From Candidatus Uhrbacteria bacterium CG10_big_fil_rev_8_21_14_0_10_48_11 (GTDB lineage Bacteria > Patescibacteriota > Patescibacteriia > GWA2-46-9), in the NCBI GenBank assembly GCA_002793855.1, contig PFET01000009.1:21749-85748 (forward strand): 64,000 nt of DNA, read 5' to 3'. Position 1 is the stretch's first letter, and every line of letters begins with the position of its first letter. Shown here in pieces: positions 35,355 to 45,591 of the stretch. The position numbers and the translations under genes were made by a program. The notes beneath the pieces were generated by a model, which saw only the letters and a list, made by a program, of their open reading frames with translations, was not told where the DNA came from and did not search any database.

Positions 35355-36305
35355 TTAGTAACGTGCGATTCGTCGCTTTTCTTTCCAGCTATACCAGCTA
35401 ATCAAAAGTGGCGAAGCTATAAAAATTGAACTGTAGGTACCAACGAAAATACCAATGGTAAGTGCTAGTACGAAATAGTGAATACTTTCTCCACCAAAGA
35501 CCAAAGTAAAAATAAGCACGAGCAATGTCGTAAACGAAGTGTTTATCGATCGACCCATTGTTTCGTTTAAGCTCCGGTTTACAACTCGGGAAAAAGAATC
35601 AGTGGCGCGATGCAAGTTCTCTCTAATACGATCAAATACAACAATGGTATCGTGAACCGAAAATCCAAGTAAGGTCAGTAGTGCAGTAATGAAAAGCACG
35701 TTTACTTCAACACCAAGGTAGTGTCCAAGAATAGAAAAAATACCAACCGTAATAATGGTGTCGTGAAAGAGAGCGATAATGGCCGCCGTTCCAAACTGCC
35801 ATGAGGGTACCGGACGAGAAACCTTTCTGAACGCCCAAGCGATATACAGAATGATTGCCCCCAAAACAGCACTCAATGCAAAAATTGATTTTTGTCGTAG
35901 CTCAGCTCCAATAGTAGGACCGATGGCGGTAAAACGCTCTTCGCTAATACTATCCCCTTTCTCTCCGCCAAATGTTTTCTCTAATGCTGCGAGTAAGGTC
36001 GCGTGATCCTCTTCGCTTAACGCCTTACCTTCTTTGGCGCCTATTCGCAGAGTTGCCCCATTGGTACCAATGGGAGTAATGTCTACGGTTCCAATAGTTT
36101 CTAGTACCGCCGCTGAAATGTCCGCTATCGCTGGACGATTACCAGCAAAGGTAATTTCCATTAACGATCCCCCAGTAAAATCAATACCGTATTTGAGTCC
36201 CCACCCTGGAAGTAAAATAGCCAGCGCGCACAGTAGCACCAAGGTACCCGAAAAGAGGTAGGCAATTCTGCGATAACCAACAATATTTATATTTGTACGT
36301 CTCAT
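35355..36305 (-). CDS. secF: Protein-export membrane protein SecF.
   Basis: It has six TM helices with a SecF periplasmic loop and a 4-nt overlap with secD. Confidence 0.85.
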   Translation of the reverse strand: MRRTNINIVGYRRIAYLFSGTLVLLCALAILLPGWGLKYGIDFTGGSLMEITFAGNRPAIADISAAVLETIGTVDITPIGTNGATLRIGAKEGKALSEEDHATLLAALEKTFGGEKGDSISEERFTAIGPTIGAELRQKSIFALSAVLGAIILYIAWAFRKVSRPVPSWQFGTAAIIALFHDTIITVGIFSILGHYLGVEVNVLFITALLTLLGFSVHDTIVVFDRIRENLHRATDSFSRVVNRSLNETMGRSINTSFTTLLVLIFTLVFGGESIHYFVLALTIGIFVGTYSSIFIASPLLISWYSWKEKRRIARY

Positions 36306-38110
36306 ACTTCGGTCGAATTATTTTTTCGCGCCACGCCATAAAGCCACAGTCGTTTACTTGTACCGTTAGCCACCACAAGCCTTAAGAATGTACGAGTAAC
36401 GATAATCGCGCTAAACATACTTACCAAAATACCAAGAGCGAGCGTCAACGCAAACCCACGAACAACGCTGGTTCCAAACCAGTAAAGAATCGTACAGGTA
36501 AGAAGCGAGGATACATTTGAATCGCGAATGGACGTCCAAGCACGCTGGAAACCAACTTCGATAGCTGATTGTAGCGGCCTTGCCTCAGCAAGCTCTTCCC
36601 TAAGGCGTTCAAAAATAAGCACGTTGGCGTCCACTGCCATACCAATAGAGAGAATAAACCCAGTTACTCCTGCAAGCGTCAACGTTACTGGCCAAAACTT
36701 GAAAAGCGCTAGGGCAATGCTGGCGTACACCAGCAAAGCAAACACCGACAAAAGACCCGGCAAGCGATAGTAAAGAATCATAAACAGTGCAACTAGAAGA
36801 AACCCGATAAACGCCGCTTCTAAACTCTGCTGAACTGCAACGGCGCCAAGCTTAGCCCCGATGGTTTGCTGCGAAACAAGTGCGATTGGTACTGGCAATG
36901 CACCGGCATTCAAACGCTGTGCTAACAGTTTTGCCTCGTCAATAGTGAAGCTTCCAGTAATAACCGCCTCGCCACCAACAATTGCCTGTTGGACTGTTGG
37001 GACACTAATCGGCTGACCATCAAGGAAAATACCAACCGGTTTACCAATATCACGCTGCGTAATTTCTTCAAAAAGTTTCGATCCTTCTGCGTTAAAGCGT
37101 AGCTGCACCTGCGGCTGGTTTGTCTGCTGGGCAAAAACGACCGTTGCTTTATCAAGCTGCTTACCTGATAACTGAGTGTTCTTCCAGCCAGCGTTTGGGT
37201 CATTTGGCAAAAAATCTCGGGCCGACGGAGCACTGATAAGAATATGACGAGCGTGAACCTCTTGAACCCCGTCGCTGTTGGTTCTCTCGTCAAGACGTTG
37301 TATCACATGATGCCCATAAGCGGTTTTGATAGGCGTTTGGGTAATCTGATTTTCTTTGAGTTGGTTAAAGAGTGCGTCACCGAATTCTGCCACAACGCTG
37401 GCTTTCGTGATGTAGTCAAGGTCACCGCCATTGTCTTTCGAGCCGGGATCATCAGAAAGCTCTTTCGCAATTTTTGCAAAATCTTCTCCGGCATTGAGGC
37501 GCTTAATAACCGATTCGGCTTTACGCTTGGCAGCCGCCTGTCCGTCATCAATCTGTTTTTGCTGGGCTGGCGTAATGGTCGGAGCTACCGCATTTTCATC
37601 CTGCTCTTTAAATTCTAGCAATGGCGTCTCACCGATCTGCTTAATGGCATCATCCACGTTCTCTACACCCGCAAGTTCAACCAATACGCGCCACTGGTTC
37701 CCAGAGCGTTCTGTTTGTACCACTGGCTCAGCAACACCAAAGGCGTTCACGCGCCGCTCAATGACGTCACGGACGCCCTCAAGCGCTGAGACCTTATCAC
37801 TGTCAGGAATTTTACTGGTATCCGCGTCATAAAGTAACTGCGTCCCGCCAACAAGATCAAGGCCGAGTCGAAACGGCGTATCGACAAAGTACGGAACGCC
37901 AGCCTTCAATACTCCCCCAACCCAACCCAAACCAGTCGGATACTGCTTAGCACCGAGTTCTGCTAATTTTGGATTTACCGCATCTACCGCCTTATTGTAA
38001 TAAACAGGATAGTTATAAAGTCCCGCAACAATAGTAAGCACGATGATTGCCACGAAGGTCCACCGAACTCGTCCTCGGCGGGTGCGGAAGGTAACGCGTA
38101 CGCCCATCAA
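36302..38110 (-). CDS. secD: Protein-export membrane protein SecD carrying a parvulin-like insertion in the periplasmic P1 region.
   Basis: The SecD N-terminal TM and P1 base (LGLDLVGG) are present, as are the head subdomain (IFLDGQPISVPTVQQAIVGGEAVITGSFTIDEAKLLAQRLNAGALP) and the C-terminal six TM helices. Residues about 175-300 are alignable to parvulin PPIase (see finding). Confidence 0.85.
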   Translation of the reverse strand: MMGVRVTFRTRRGRVRWTFVAIIVLTIVAGLYNYPVYYNKAVDAVNPKLAELGAKQYPTGLGWVGGVLKAGVPYFVDTPFRLGLDLVGGTQLLYDADTSKIPDSDKVSALEGVRDVIERRVNAFGVAEPVVQTERSGNQWRVLVELAGVENVDDAIKQIGETPLLEFKEQDENAVAPTITPAQQKQIDDGQAAAKRKAESVIKRLNAGEDFAKIAKELSDDPGSKDNGGDLDYITKASVVAEFGDALFNQLKENQITQTPIKTAYGHHVIQRLDERTNSDGVQEVHARHILISAPSARDFLPNDPNAGWKNTQLSGKQLDKATVVFAQQTNQPQVQLRFNAEGSKLFEEITQRDIGKPVGIFLDGQPISVPTVQQAIVGGEAVITGSFTIDEAKLLAQRLNAGALPVPIALVSQQTIGAKLGAVAVQQSLEAAFIGFLLVALFMILYYRLPGLLSVFALLVYASIALALFKFWPVTLTLAGVTGFILSIGMAVDANVLIFERLREELAEARPLQSAIEVGFQRAWTSIRDSNVSSLLTCTILYWFGTSVVRGFALTLALGILVSMFSAIIVTRTFLRLVVANGTSKRLWLYGVARKNNSTEV

Positions 38111-38241
38111 GAGAACACCCGGTCCTCGAAAAATGAAGACAATACCGGCACCGAGCCACTCAAAGGGCTTTGCAAGCAGTGCCCCAAGTTGCCGAAGCGG
38201 CCTAAATAGCTTTACATTTGGTTTCTTCAGATTGTTTCTAC

Positions 38242-38262
38242 AGAAAAATCCCCTTGCGGGGT
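38242..38262 (-). terminator. Candidate rho-independent terminator downstream of the NUDIX pseudogene.
   Basis: The minus strand reads CCCC gcaa GGGG followed by ATTTTTCTG. Confidence 0.4.
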
Positions 38263-38348
38263 AAGCGAAACTTATAGTAGCAAAACTGAGAACGAGCGCA
38301 AGTGAGCCTACTAGTTAACGCTACCGTGCGGTCACTCGGTAGCGTTTG

Positions 38349-38812
38349 TTATAGTTCTTCCCTTTCTAGTAGTGAAAAATCAAGAAGCGTCCCCTCTTTG
38401 TCAAAAAGAAAGTCTCCGGTAAATCTTTTCCCTGTAATGAGTAGCGGGTACCGGTGGTGATCATCCGGAAACATTGACCCGTAGGGAATGTTCTCGACGG
38501 TAAACCACTTCGGTTTCATTTCTTCGGTCTCTACTATTTTACCACCATAGGCACCAACTTTAAAACGTGTACTTCGTGAACGAGTTCTCCACTGTTCGTT
38601 GTAAAATTGAGAATGCCAACTTTTTCAATCTGCTGCGCAACGACTCCAGACTCTTCTTCTAGCTCCCTCTTTGCCGCTTCTTCTATGGTCTCTTCTGTTT
38701 CTACCTTGCCACCAAAACCATCCCACTTTCCCGCGCCAAACCTGCGCTTCTTTAAACCAAGTAAGCTGTTTGCGTGCTGATAAACGATACAGAGATTGTA
38801 AAGTTTTTTCAT
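38349..38812 (-). pseudogene. MTH1/MutT-like NUDIX (8-oxo-dGTPase-type) gene interrupted by a 1-nt frameshift in a T-run.
   Basis: The first frame (92 aa) reads LGLKKRRFGAGKWDGFGGKVETEETIEEAAKRELEEESG...HEVHVL. The second frame continues VGAYGGKIVETEEMKPKWFTVENIPYGSMFPDDHHRYPLLITGKRFTGDFLFDKEGTLLDFSL. Together they align along the full length of an MTH1-type NUDIX protein. The break is at cacgTTTTaaag, about 38565. Confidence 0.6.
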
Positions 38813-38895
38813 TTACGTAAGAAAATTTTGCGTTGCTTTTCTTGCTGCTTTATCTATGCCCTGCCCTTTAATAACAACATCATCGCCCTAAACTC

Positions 38896-41625
38896 CTACT
38901 TCCCATGACACTTCTTATATTTCTTACCTGAGCCGCATGGACATGGTTCGTTGCGTCCAATTTTTTCTGAACGAATTTGTTGTGTGCTTGTCGTAACATT
39001 TCCGCCTTCCGGAACCGAAACTGCTGGTGTTCGCTCTGACATCGTCTTTGCGGGTGCGGAGAACGTCACATTCTGCCTACCCATCATAGAGGGGGCAACA
39101 TCAACCGCAACACCAACTTTGTAGATGCTGTAAACAACCTGTTTTCGAATGAGGTCGAGGAGATCAGTAAATAACTTAAACGCCTCTCGCTTGTACTCAA
39201 CAAGCGGGTCTCGCTGACCGTAGCTGCGAAGTCCGATTCCTTGGCGCAGATGATCCATCGCTTCGAGGTGTTCAATCCATAGCGTATCAATAGCACGAAG
39301 CAATAATGAACGCTCAGCAAGCAGAAAAACTCGTTGCTCTTGCGGCAGTGCTGCTGCCACATGTTCACGCAAGCGTCCGTACGCTGCTGTAGCGTCATCG
39401 ATTATGCGCGTAATAAGTGCGTCACGTTTCGCTACAAGCGTATGCTCTTCGGCAGTACTTGAAAGTTCTGCAATGGCCGTTTCCACCTCCGTAGATACCG
39501 GATAAATCGTTCTGATTACCTGACTAATTTCTTTACTGTCCCAATCCCCTGTTTCTTCCGCGCGGGTGTGGAAAGCAACCACTGTTTCAATTTCTTCGGT
39601 AATCATTTTCATAATCTCCGGCTCTAACAAATCTTCAGCACTTTCCATACTGGCTTTAAAGTTGTCGAGCACGCGGTGACGTAAACGATAGACCGTTTCT
39701 CGATGCTTATTGATAACGTCGTCGTACTCGACCAAATGTTTTCGAATATCAAAGTTGTGGCCCTCAACCCGTCGCTGTGCTGATTCAAGCGCCTTTGAAA
39801 CCATATTGTTTTCTATTGGCATATCTTCTGGAACGCCTAGTCGCTCCATCATATTCTTGATGCGCTCAGAGCTAAAAATGCGCATCAAGTCATCCTCCAG
39901 TGAAACGTAAAACTGTGAGGATCCGGGGTCACCCTGACGCCCCGAACGTCCACGCAGCTGGTTATCGATACGTCTTGATTCGTGTCGTTCGGTGCCGATA
40001 ACGTGAAGCCCTCCGGCATCAAGCGCCTGCTGGTGCGCCTGCTGCCATGCTGTAAATTCCTCACCGTCCACTGGTTTACCGTCAACCAGTTCTGGTGGCG
40101 GACCGCCAAGAATAATGTCGACACCGCGACCGGCCATATTGGTCGCAAGGGTAACCGCCCCGACACGACCGGCTTCGGCAATGATGCTTGCTTCTCGTTC
40201 ATGGTTTTTAGCGTTTAACATTTGATGCGGCACGCCAGACTCTAATAGCAACTGGCTGAGGCGCTCGTTCTTTTCGATTGAAATAGTACCAATTAAAACC
40301 GGCTGTCCTTTTTCATAACGTTCTTTTACCTCTCGAACGACCGCCAAAAACTTTCCGTGCTCTGTTTTGTAAATGCGGTCAGACAAGTCCTTACGAACCA
40401 TTGGGCGGTTGGTGGGGACAACAACGACTTCTAATTTGTAAATCTTATGGAATTCTTCTGCTTCGGTTTCTGCGGTACCGGTCATACCAGCCAGTTTTTC
40501 GTAGAGCCGGAAGTAGTTCTGGAAGGTGATGGTAGCAAGGGTCTGGCTTTCCCGCTGAATTTTTACGTTTTCTTTTGCTTCTATTGCCTGGTGAAGTCCC
40601 TCGGAGTAGCGTCGCCCCTGCATAAGACGACCGGTAAACTCGTCAACAATAATTACCTCGCCATCTTTTACCACGTAATCACGATCTCGCTTGTAAAGGC
40701 GCTCAGCTTTAAGTGCTTGCTCGATGTGGTGCACCGTTTCCATGCCTCCGGCAGCATAAATATTCTCAACGTTCAGTAGCTTTTCAAGTTTGGCGATACC
40801 GGCCTCGGTCAGCGTAGCCGCGCGCATTTTTTCATCAACGTTATCGTCAACCTCTGGCTCTAGTCGCCTGATAAGCTCGGCAAATTGGTAGTAACGATCG
40901 TTGGACTCTTCCGCTGGAGCAGAAATGATAAGTGGCGTTCTCGCTTCGTCAATAAGAATACTATCGACCTCGTCAACGATAGCATAAGCCAAGTCTCGCT
41001 GTACTCGGTCTTCTACTCGAGACACCATATTGTCCCGTAGGTAATCAAACCCAAATTCGTTGTTAGTGCCGTACGTGATGTCGCAAGCGTATGCCTCTCT
41101 GCGCGTTACAGGGAGCAGTTCTCGAGTCTTAGGATCATAACGGAAAGCAGCATCGTGCTGAATACTGCCAACGGTCATACCCAGCGAATCAAAAACGCCC
41201 CCCATCCACTGGCACTGGAAGCGCGCCAGATAGTCGTTGACGGTAACAAGATGCGCCCCCTTGCCGTTAAGTGCATTGGTGTACAGTGGCGCGGTAGCGG
41301 TAAGCGTTTTTCCTTCACCGGTTTTCATTTCAGCAATAGTGCCGCGATGAAGAATTATTCCCCCCATCAGCTGAACGTCAAACTGCCGCTGGTTCAATGT
41401 TCGCCTTGCCGCTTCACGGACGACAGCAAAAGCTTCTGGCAATAAATCATCTATCGTTTCCCCTTCTTTGAGACGACGGCGAAACGCCTCCGTCTGTTGA
41501 CGAAGCTCTTCGGAACTCAATTTTTGAATCGACTCTTCCCACCCGTTAATGGCTTCAACGGTTTTACGAACGCTTTTTAGCGCCCGCTCGTTTGGGTTAC
41601 CTAACAGACTAGTTAAAAAGCTCAC
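38896..41625 (-). CDS. secA: Preprotein translocase ATPase SecA with a C-terminal zinc-binding motif.
   Basis: The full SecA architecture is present and the C-terminus reads [15 protein letters not shown]. The start is proposed at GTG 41625 ([17 protein letters not shown]...), matching the SecA N-terminus. The ORF track started earlier, at a TTG right after a stop. Confidence 0.9.
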   Translation of the reverse strand: MSFLTSLLGNPNERALKSVRKTVEAINGWEESIQKLSSEELRQQTEAFRRRLKEGETIDDLLPEAFAVVREAARRTLNQRQFDVQLMGGIILHRGTIAEMKTGEGKTLTATAPLYTNALNGKGAHLVTVNDYLARFQCQWMGGVFDSLGMTVGSIQHDAAFRYDPKTRELLPVTRREAYACDITYGTNNEFGFDYLRDNMVSRVEDRVQRDLAYAIVDEVDSILIDEARTPLIISAPAEESNDRYYQFAELIRRLEPEVDDNVDEKMRAATLTEAGIAKLEKLLNVENIYAAGGMETVHHIEQALKAERLYKRDRDYVVKDGEVIIVDEFTGRLMQGRRYSEGLHQAIEAKENVKIQRESQTLATITFQNYFRLYEKLAGMTGTAETEAEEFHKIYKLEVVVVPTNRPMVRKDLSDRIYKTEHGKFLAVVREVKERYEKGQPVLIGTISIEKNERLSQLLLESGVPHQMLNAKNHEREASIIAEAGRVGAVTLATNMAGRGVDIILGGPPPELVDGKPVDGEEFTAWQQAHQQALDAGGLHVIGTERHESRRIDNQLRGRSGRQGDPGSSQFYVSLEDDLMRIFSSERIKNMMERLGVPEDMPIENNMVSKALESAQRRVEGHNFDIRKHLVEYDDVINKHRETVYRLRHRVLDNFKASMESAEDLLEPEIMKMITEEIETVVAFHTRAEETGDWDSKEISQVIRTIYPVSTEVETAIAELSSTAEEHTLVAKRDALITRIIDDATAAYGRLREHVAAALPQEQRVFLLAERSLLLRAIDTLWIEHLEAMDHLRQGIGLRSYGQRDPLVEYKREAFKLFTDLLDLIRKQVVYSIYKVGVAVDVAPSMMGRQNVTFSAPAKTMSERTPAVSVPEGGNVTTSTQQIRSEKIGRNEPCPCGSGKKYKKCHGK

Positions 41626-41695
41626 GATAGTATGATTACTAAGTAAAGTCCCCGCCGTTTGGCGAGGAAAGCGCAACTACACCTGCACCGCAGTT

Positions 41696-42019
41696 TTACG
41701 CTTTTCCCCTACTTTTGTCGAGGCGTTTTGTTTTGAGGCGGTTCATTTCTTTTTTTAACTCATCACGTAACACATCAATCGCTCGATACATATCAGCGGC
41801 GTAGGCTTCAGCAAAAAAAGTGTGCTTTGGTATTGCCACTTTAGCACCGCTTCGAAAAAGCTTTTCCCCTTTTTGGTGATGCTGGGTAGTGCGCTCTACC
41901 TCGACCTCTATTCTGAGTACGTCAGGATAAAATTTAACTAGCGCTCCAATTTTTTGCTGTACGTATGTATCTAGCGCTGAAGTTAGCTCAATATCTATTG
42001 CTTTTATGTGTATGTTCAT
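41696..42019 (-). CDS. hpf: Ribosome hibernation promoting factor / RaiA family, short form.
   Basis: MNIHIKAIDIELTSALDTYVQQKIGAL...FFAEAYAADMYRAIDVL. Confidence 0.7.
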   Translation of the reverse strand: MNIHIKAIDIELTSALDTYVQQKIGALVKFYPDVLRIEVEVERTTQHHQKGEKLFRSGAKVAIPKHTFFAEAYAADMYRAIDVLRDELKKEMNRLKTKRLDKSRGKA

Positions 42020-42064
42020 ACACAGAAACGATACCACAAATGTTCGACAAAAGCAACGTAAAAA

Positions 42065-43150
42065 TTAAAGCGGTGGCGACGAAAAACCAACAAAATATGC
42101 TTCAGCTTCTAGCTGTATCCCAAACCTGTTCTTAACTGCCATTTGTATATCTTTTGCTAAGCTAACAAGCTCAGCCGATGAGGCGCTGCCAAGATTGACT
42201 AGCGCCAATGCTTGCTTAGGTGAAATGCCTACTGAACCTCGTTGGTAACCCCGATTAAATCCTGCGTGCTCGATGAGCCAGGCGGCGGATAGCTTTACCT
42301 TGCAATCCCCTGCCGGCCAAGTAACGAGCTCTAGTCCTGCTTCCTTAAGCTGTTCATTTAGAGCGTCCGCGCTATTGCTATCCAGAATGGGATTGGTAAA
42401 AAAAGAACCAACACTTTTACTAAACGGTTCGTCAGGACTTAGAAGCATAGCCTTTGCTCTACGCAAAGACAGTACTGCATTACGAACAGCACTTAAGCTT
42501 GGCTTTTGTTTCTTCTCGTCAAGAAATTTCTTAAGCTGTTCATAGGCGACAAATCCGGTAGCATTTTTTTTAAGAAGAAAGGCGACAGAAAGTATGACGT
42601 AGCCATTTTTCCACTTCTTAAAGTTGCTGGTTCGATAGCCAAATCCGCACTCTGGCACGGAAAATTTAACCACCTTGCCGTCCTCTATAGCAAGCGCCTC
42701 AACGGTTTCAATACTAGCGCTGACCTCTTGGCCGTAAGCACCGATATTCTGAACCGGCGCGGCACCAACCGTTCCGGGTATCCCGCTTAAACACTCGACG
42801 CCAGCCAGCCCTCGCTCTACACAAAAAGCTACAAACGCATCCCACGACACTGCTGCCTCGGCAACCACTTTTGTTGCTGTAGCGGTACTTTCGGTAACTG
42901 TTAGATTGCGGGCAACATAGCGGATAACGACCCCCCGAAAACCCTCATCGGAAAAAAGAATGTTACTTCCCTCACCAAGAATAAAAAACGCAAGTCCTGC
43001 TTCTTTTGCAGCCGCCAGCACCGCCAAAAGTTCCTGGACCGTTCTTGCTTCGACGTAGTAATCAGCAACCCCGCCAACACCCAGTGATGAATGGCGAGCC
43101 AATAACTCTCTTTCTTTTACCGGCAATGATAGTTTTTCTAAAAATGACAT
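42065..43150 (-). CDS. murB: UDP-N-acetylenolpyruvoylglucosamine reductase.
   Basis: A FAD-binding domain (LGVGGVADYY) and the MurB C-terminal domain are present. Confidence 0.85.
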   Translation of the reverse strand: MSFLEKLSLPVKERELLARHSSLGVGGVADYYVEARTVQELLAVLAAAKEAGLAFFILGEGSNILFSDEGFRGVVIRYVARNLTVTESTATATKVVAEAAVSWDAFVAFCVERGLAGVECLSGIPGTVGAAPVQNIGAYGQEVSASIETVEALAIEDGKVVKFSVPECGFGYRTSNFKKWKNGYVILSVAFLLKKNATGFVAYEQLKKFLDEKKQKPSLSAVRNAVLSLRRAKAMLLSPDEPFSKSVGSFFTNPILDSNSADALNEQLKEAGLELVTWPAGDCKVKLSAAWLIEHAGFNRGYQRGSVGISPKQALALVNLGSASSAELVSLAKDIQMAVKNRFGIQLEAEAYFVGFSSPPL

Positions 43151-43153
43151 ACC

Positions 43154-44536
43154 TTACGATAGTAACTTTTCTGCAACCTGCCAGACATCACCCGCCCCCA
43201 TGGTCACTACGACCGCAGGCCCAGCTTCAGATCCTACGGCAACAACTGCGTCTTCAAAACTATCAACGCAGACCACTTTCGCCTGTTGTCTCTTTTCTAC
43301 CGCTTGACCTAGTGCGTGGTGGTCAATTATTTTTTCTTTCTCCCGAGCTGACGCGTAGATGGGAGGCAGAATAACCACGTCGGCTTTCGACAACGCTTCA
43401 GCAAAATTATCCAGTAACTCTGCAGTTCTACTGTAGGTATGACCTTGAAACACAATTATCAACTTTCTATCCTTGTACCCACTTCTTAGTGCTTTGATAA
43501 CCGCACTAATTTCTGCCGGATGATGTGCGTAGTCGTCAATGATAATGTTATCATTACTGGTACCTCTGAGCTCGAAGCGTCGGGCTGTGCCGTGAAACTG
43601 CTCTAGCGATCTGGCGCTTATGTCAACGCTCACACCTGCCTCATCTGCAACGACAATGGCAGAAAGCGCATCAAGTGCGTAGTGCTCACCGGGAAGATGC
43701 AAACGATAGTTACCATAAAATTCCCCTTTTTTATAAACCTGAAAAGTCGTCTGTCCGTTGTCGATCAAAACACTTTTTGCCTGCCAGTCGCAACCGTTAG
43801 AAAGACCAAACGTTACAACCGTTGCTTTAACCACCTCTTTAAGCAACATACTTTTCTTGTCGTCTCCCGGTAGTACGACAACGCCATCTTCTGGAACTCG
43901 CTTAACAAATGCTGAAAAAACTTCTCGGTAGGCCTCTGCGTCCTTAAAAAAATCAGGATGATCAAAATCAATATTGGTAACAATGACAACTCGGGGATGA
44001 TAGTACTGCAATTTATTCTGGTATTCATCGGCCTCAAACACAAACCATTCGCCAAGACCAGTTCTGGCATTACTCCCCCACGAGCGCACCGGCGCACCGA
44101 CAACAGCCGTCGGATCAAGTCCGGCAGTTTCCATAATAGAGGCAAGCATTGCTGTCGTCGTTGTCTTGCCGTGCGAACCGGCAACCGCCACCGATCTCGA
44201 GTACCCGTCGATCAGTAGGCCAAGTGCCTCTGGATAGCTCCACTGTGGTATAGCAAGTTCGTCAGCTGCTTGCCGTTCAACATTGCTGTCGTCGTAGGCG
44301 GTAGAGTAAATGACTGCTGCGGTATTTATAGTAAGGTGCGCCACATCGAACGTCTCAGCGACCAAAATATTTAATCTCTTTAGCACACTGTCAGTTGGAA
44401 ATGTTTCCGCGCTGTCTGAACCACTGACACTATACCCTTGGCGCAAAAAAATTTCCGCGAGTGCCGTCATGCCAACACCCTTGATACCAATAAAATGAAG
44501 CCGTGCGGGTGGATCTGGAAATGGCATCGAGCTCAT
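43154..44536 (-). CDS. murC: UDP-N-acetylmuramate--L-alanine ligase.
   Basis: HFIGIKGVGMTALAEIF...GYSVSGSD, with Mur ligase middle and C-terminal domains. Confidence 0.85.
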   Translation of the reverse strand: MSSMPFPDPPARLHFIGIKGVGMTALAEIFLRQGYSVSGSDSAETFPTDSVLKRLNILVAETFDVAHLTINTAAVIYSTAYDDSNVERQAADELAIPQWSYPEALGLLIDGYSRSVAVAGSHGKTTTTAMLASIMETAGLDPTAVVGAPVRSWGSNARTGLGEWFVFEADEYQNKLQYYHPRVVIVTNIDFDHPDFFKDAEAYREVFSAFVKRVPEDGVVVLPGDDKKSMLLKEVVKATVVTFGLSNGCDWQAKSVLIDNGQTTFQVYKKGEFYGNYRLHLPGEHYALDALSAIVVADEAGVSVDISARSLEQFHGTARRFELRGTSNDNIIIDDYAHHPAEISAVIKALRSGYKDRKLIIVFQGHTYSRTAELLDNFAEALSKADVVILPPIYASAREKEKIIDHHALGQAVEKRQQAKVVCVDSFEDAVVAVGSEAGPAVVVTMGAGDVWQVAEKLLS

Positions 44537-45591
44537 AGTGGTTTGCGTCCAAGTTCGCTATCAACCAGCGCTAAATAGTCGTTCGTCCCGTCTTTAATAA
44601 GTTTATGCAGCGCTTCACCTAGCGCCACTCGCTCCCCCTCATTATCAAGCAGTGTAAAAACGGCTCGCCTAAGCGTATCGGCGGTAAGCTCTGCTTGTGG
44701 CATAACCACAGCGGCGTGGTTAGCGGCAAGAAATGATGCATTTTCTTCTTGGTGGGAGTGCGGCATAGGGATGACAATAGCGGGTTTGCGAAGTTGCGCA
44801 AGTCCAGAAAGGGTACCCATACCGGCACGGGTGATGACAACAGAAGCAACGGCATACATATCAGGAAGTTCACCAACGACCAACTCTATTGCCCGATAAC
44901 GATCTTCCTTCACAGAGTCAACTTTCTTTCCTTTGCCAGTTATATGCAGCACAAAAACGCGTTTCGTTAGTTCCGGAAGCGCCGCCAGCAATAGGCTGTT
45001 AATCGCCAGCGCGCCTGTGCCGCCGCCTATGACTAACACCACCGGCAAACCAGCTGGCAGTGCGTAGTGCTTACGAATTCTATCAACGTCACCTTCGTAA
45101 ATCGATGGCGGTATCAAATTACCAATGGCGGTTGTCCCCTCTTTGGCCCAAACGCTTGTTCGAACGGTTGCTGTAAACCTTACCAATTGTAATGCTAGAC
45201 CATCGCGTTTATCTTGTTCGTGAAGTAGCACTGGAATACGGAAACACCAGGCTGCCCAAACCACCGGCACGGCCACGTAAGCGCCAGCAGAAATTACCAA
45301 CGAAGGTCTACCAAAAATAAATATACCCACGGTTTGTAAAAAACCTACAAAAACAAATAAAGGAGCCGTTACATTTTTTGCGCTCCAGTACCGTCGCAGT
45401 TTCCCGGACGCTATGCGGTAATAGGGTAAGTGGTACGGTGCAACGATAAAGCGCTCTGGCCCGCGCCACGTACCGAACCATACAAAATCATAATTTCGAT
45501 TGTTATTGTTTGCTAATTCGACAAGTGCCAAAAGTGACGTAACTGAACCGAGCGTTCCTCCGCCCGCTAGTACAATAGAGCGCCTTTTCAT
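44533..45591 (-). CDS. murG: Undecaprenyldiphospho-muramoylpentapeptide beta-N-acetylglucosaminyltransferase.
   Basis: A GT28 N-terminal domain (LAGGGTLGSV) and C-terminal domain are present, in a dcw context. Confidence 0.85.
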   Translation of the reverse strand: MKRRSIVLAGGGTLGSVTSLLALVELANNNNRNYDFVWFGTWRGPERFIVAPYHLPYYRIASGKLRRYWSAKNVTAPLFVFVGFLQTVGIFIFGRPSLVISAGAYVAVPVVWAAWCFRIPVLLHEQDKRDGLALQLVRFTATVRTSVWAKEGTTAIGNLIPPSIYEGDVDRIRKHYALPAGLPVVLVIGGGTGALAINSLLLAALPELTKRVFVLHITGKGKKVDSVKEDRYRAIELVVGELPDMYAVASVVITRAGMGTLSGLAQLRKPAIVIPMPHSHQEENASFLAANHAAVVMPQAELTADTLRRAVFTLLDNEGERVALGEALHKLIKDGTNDYLALVDSELGRKPL

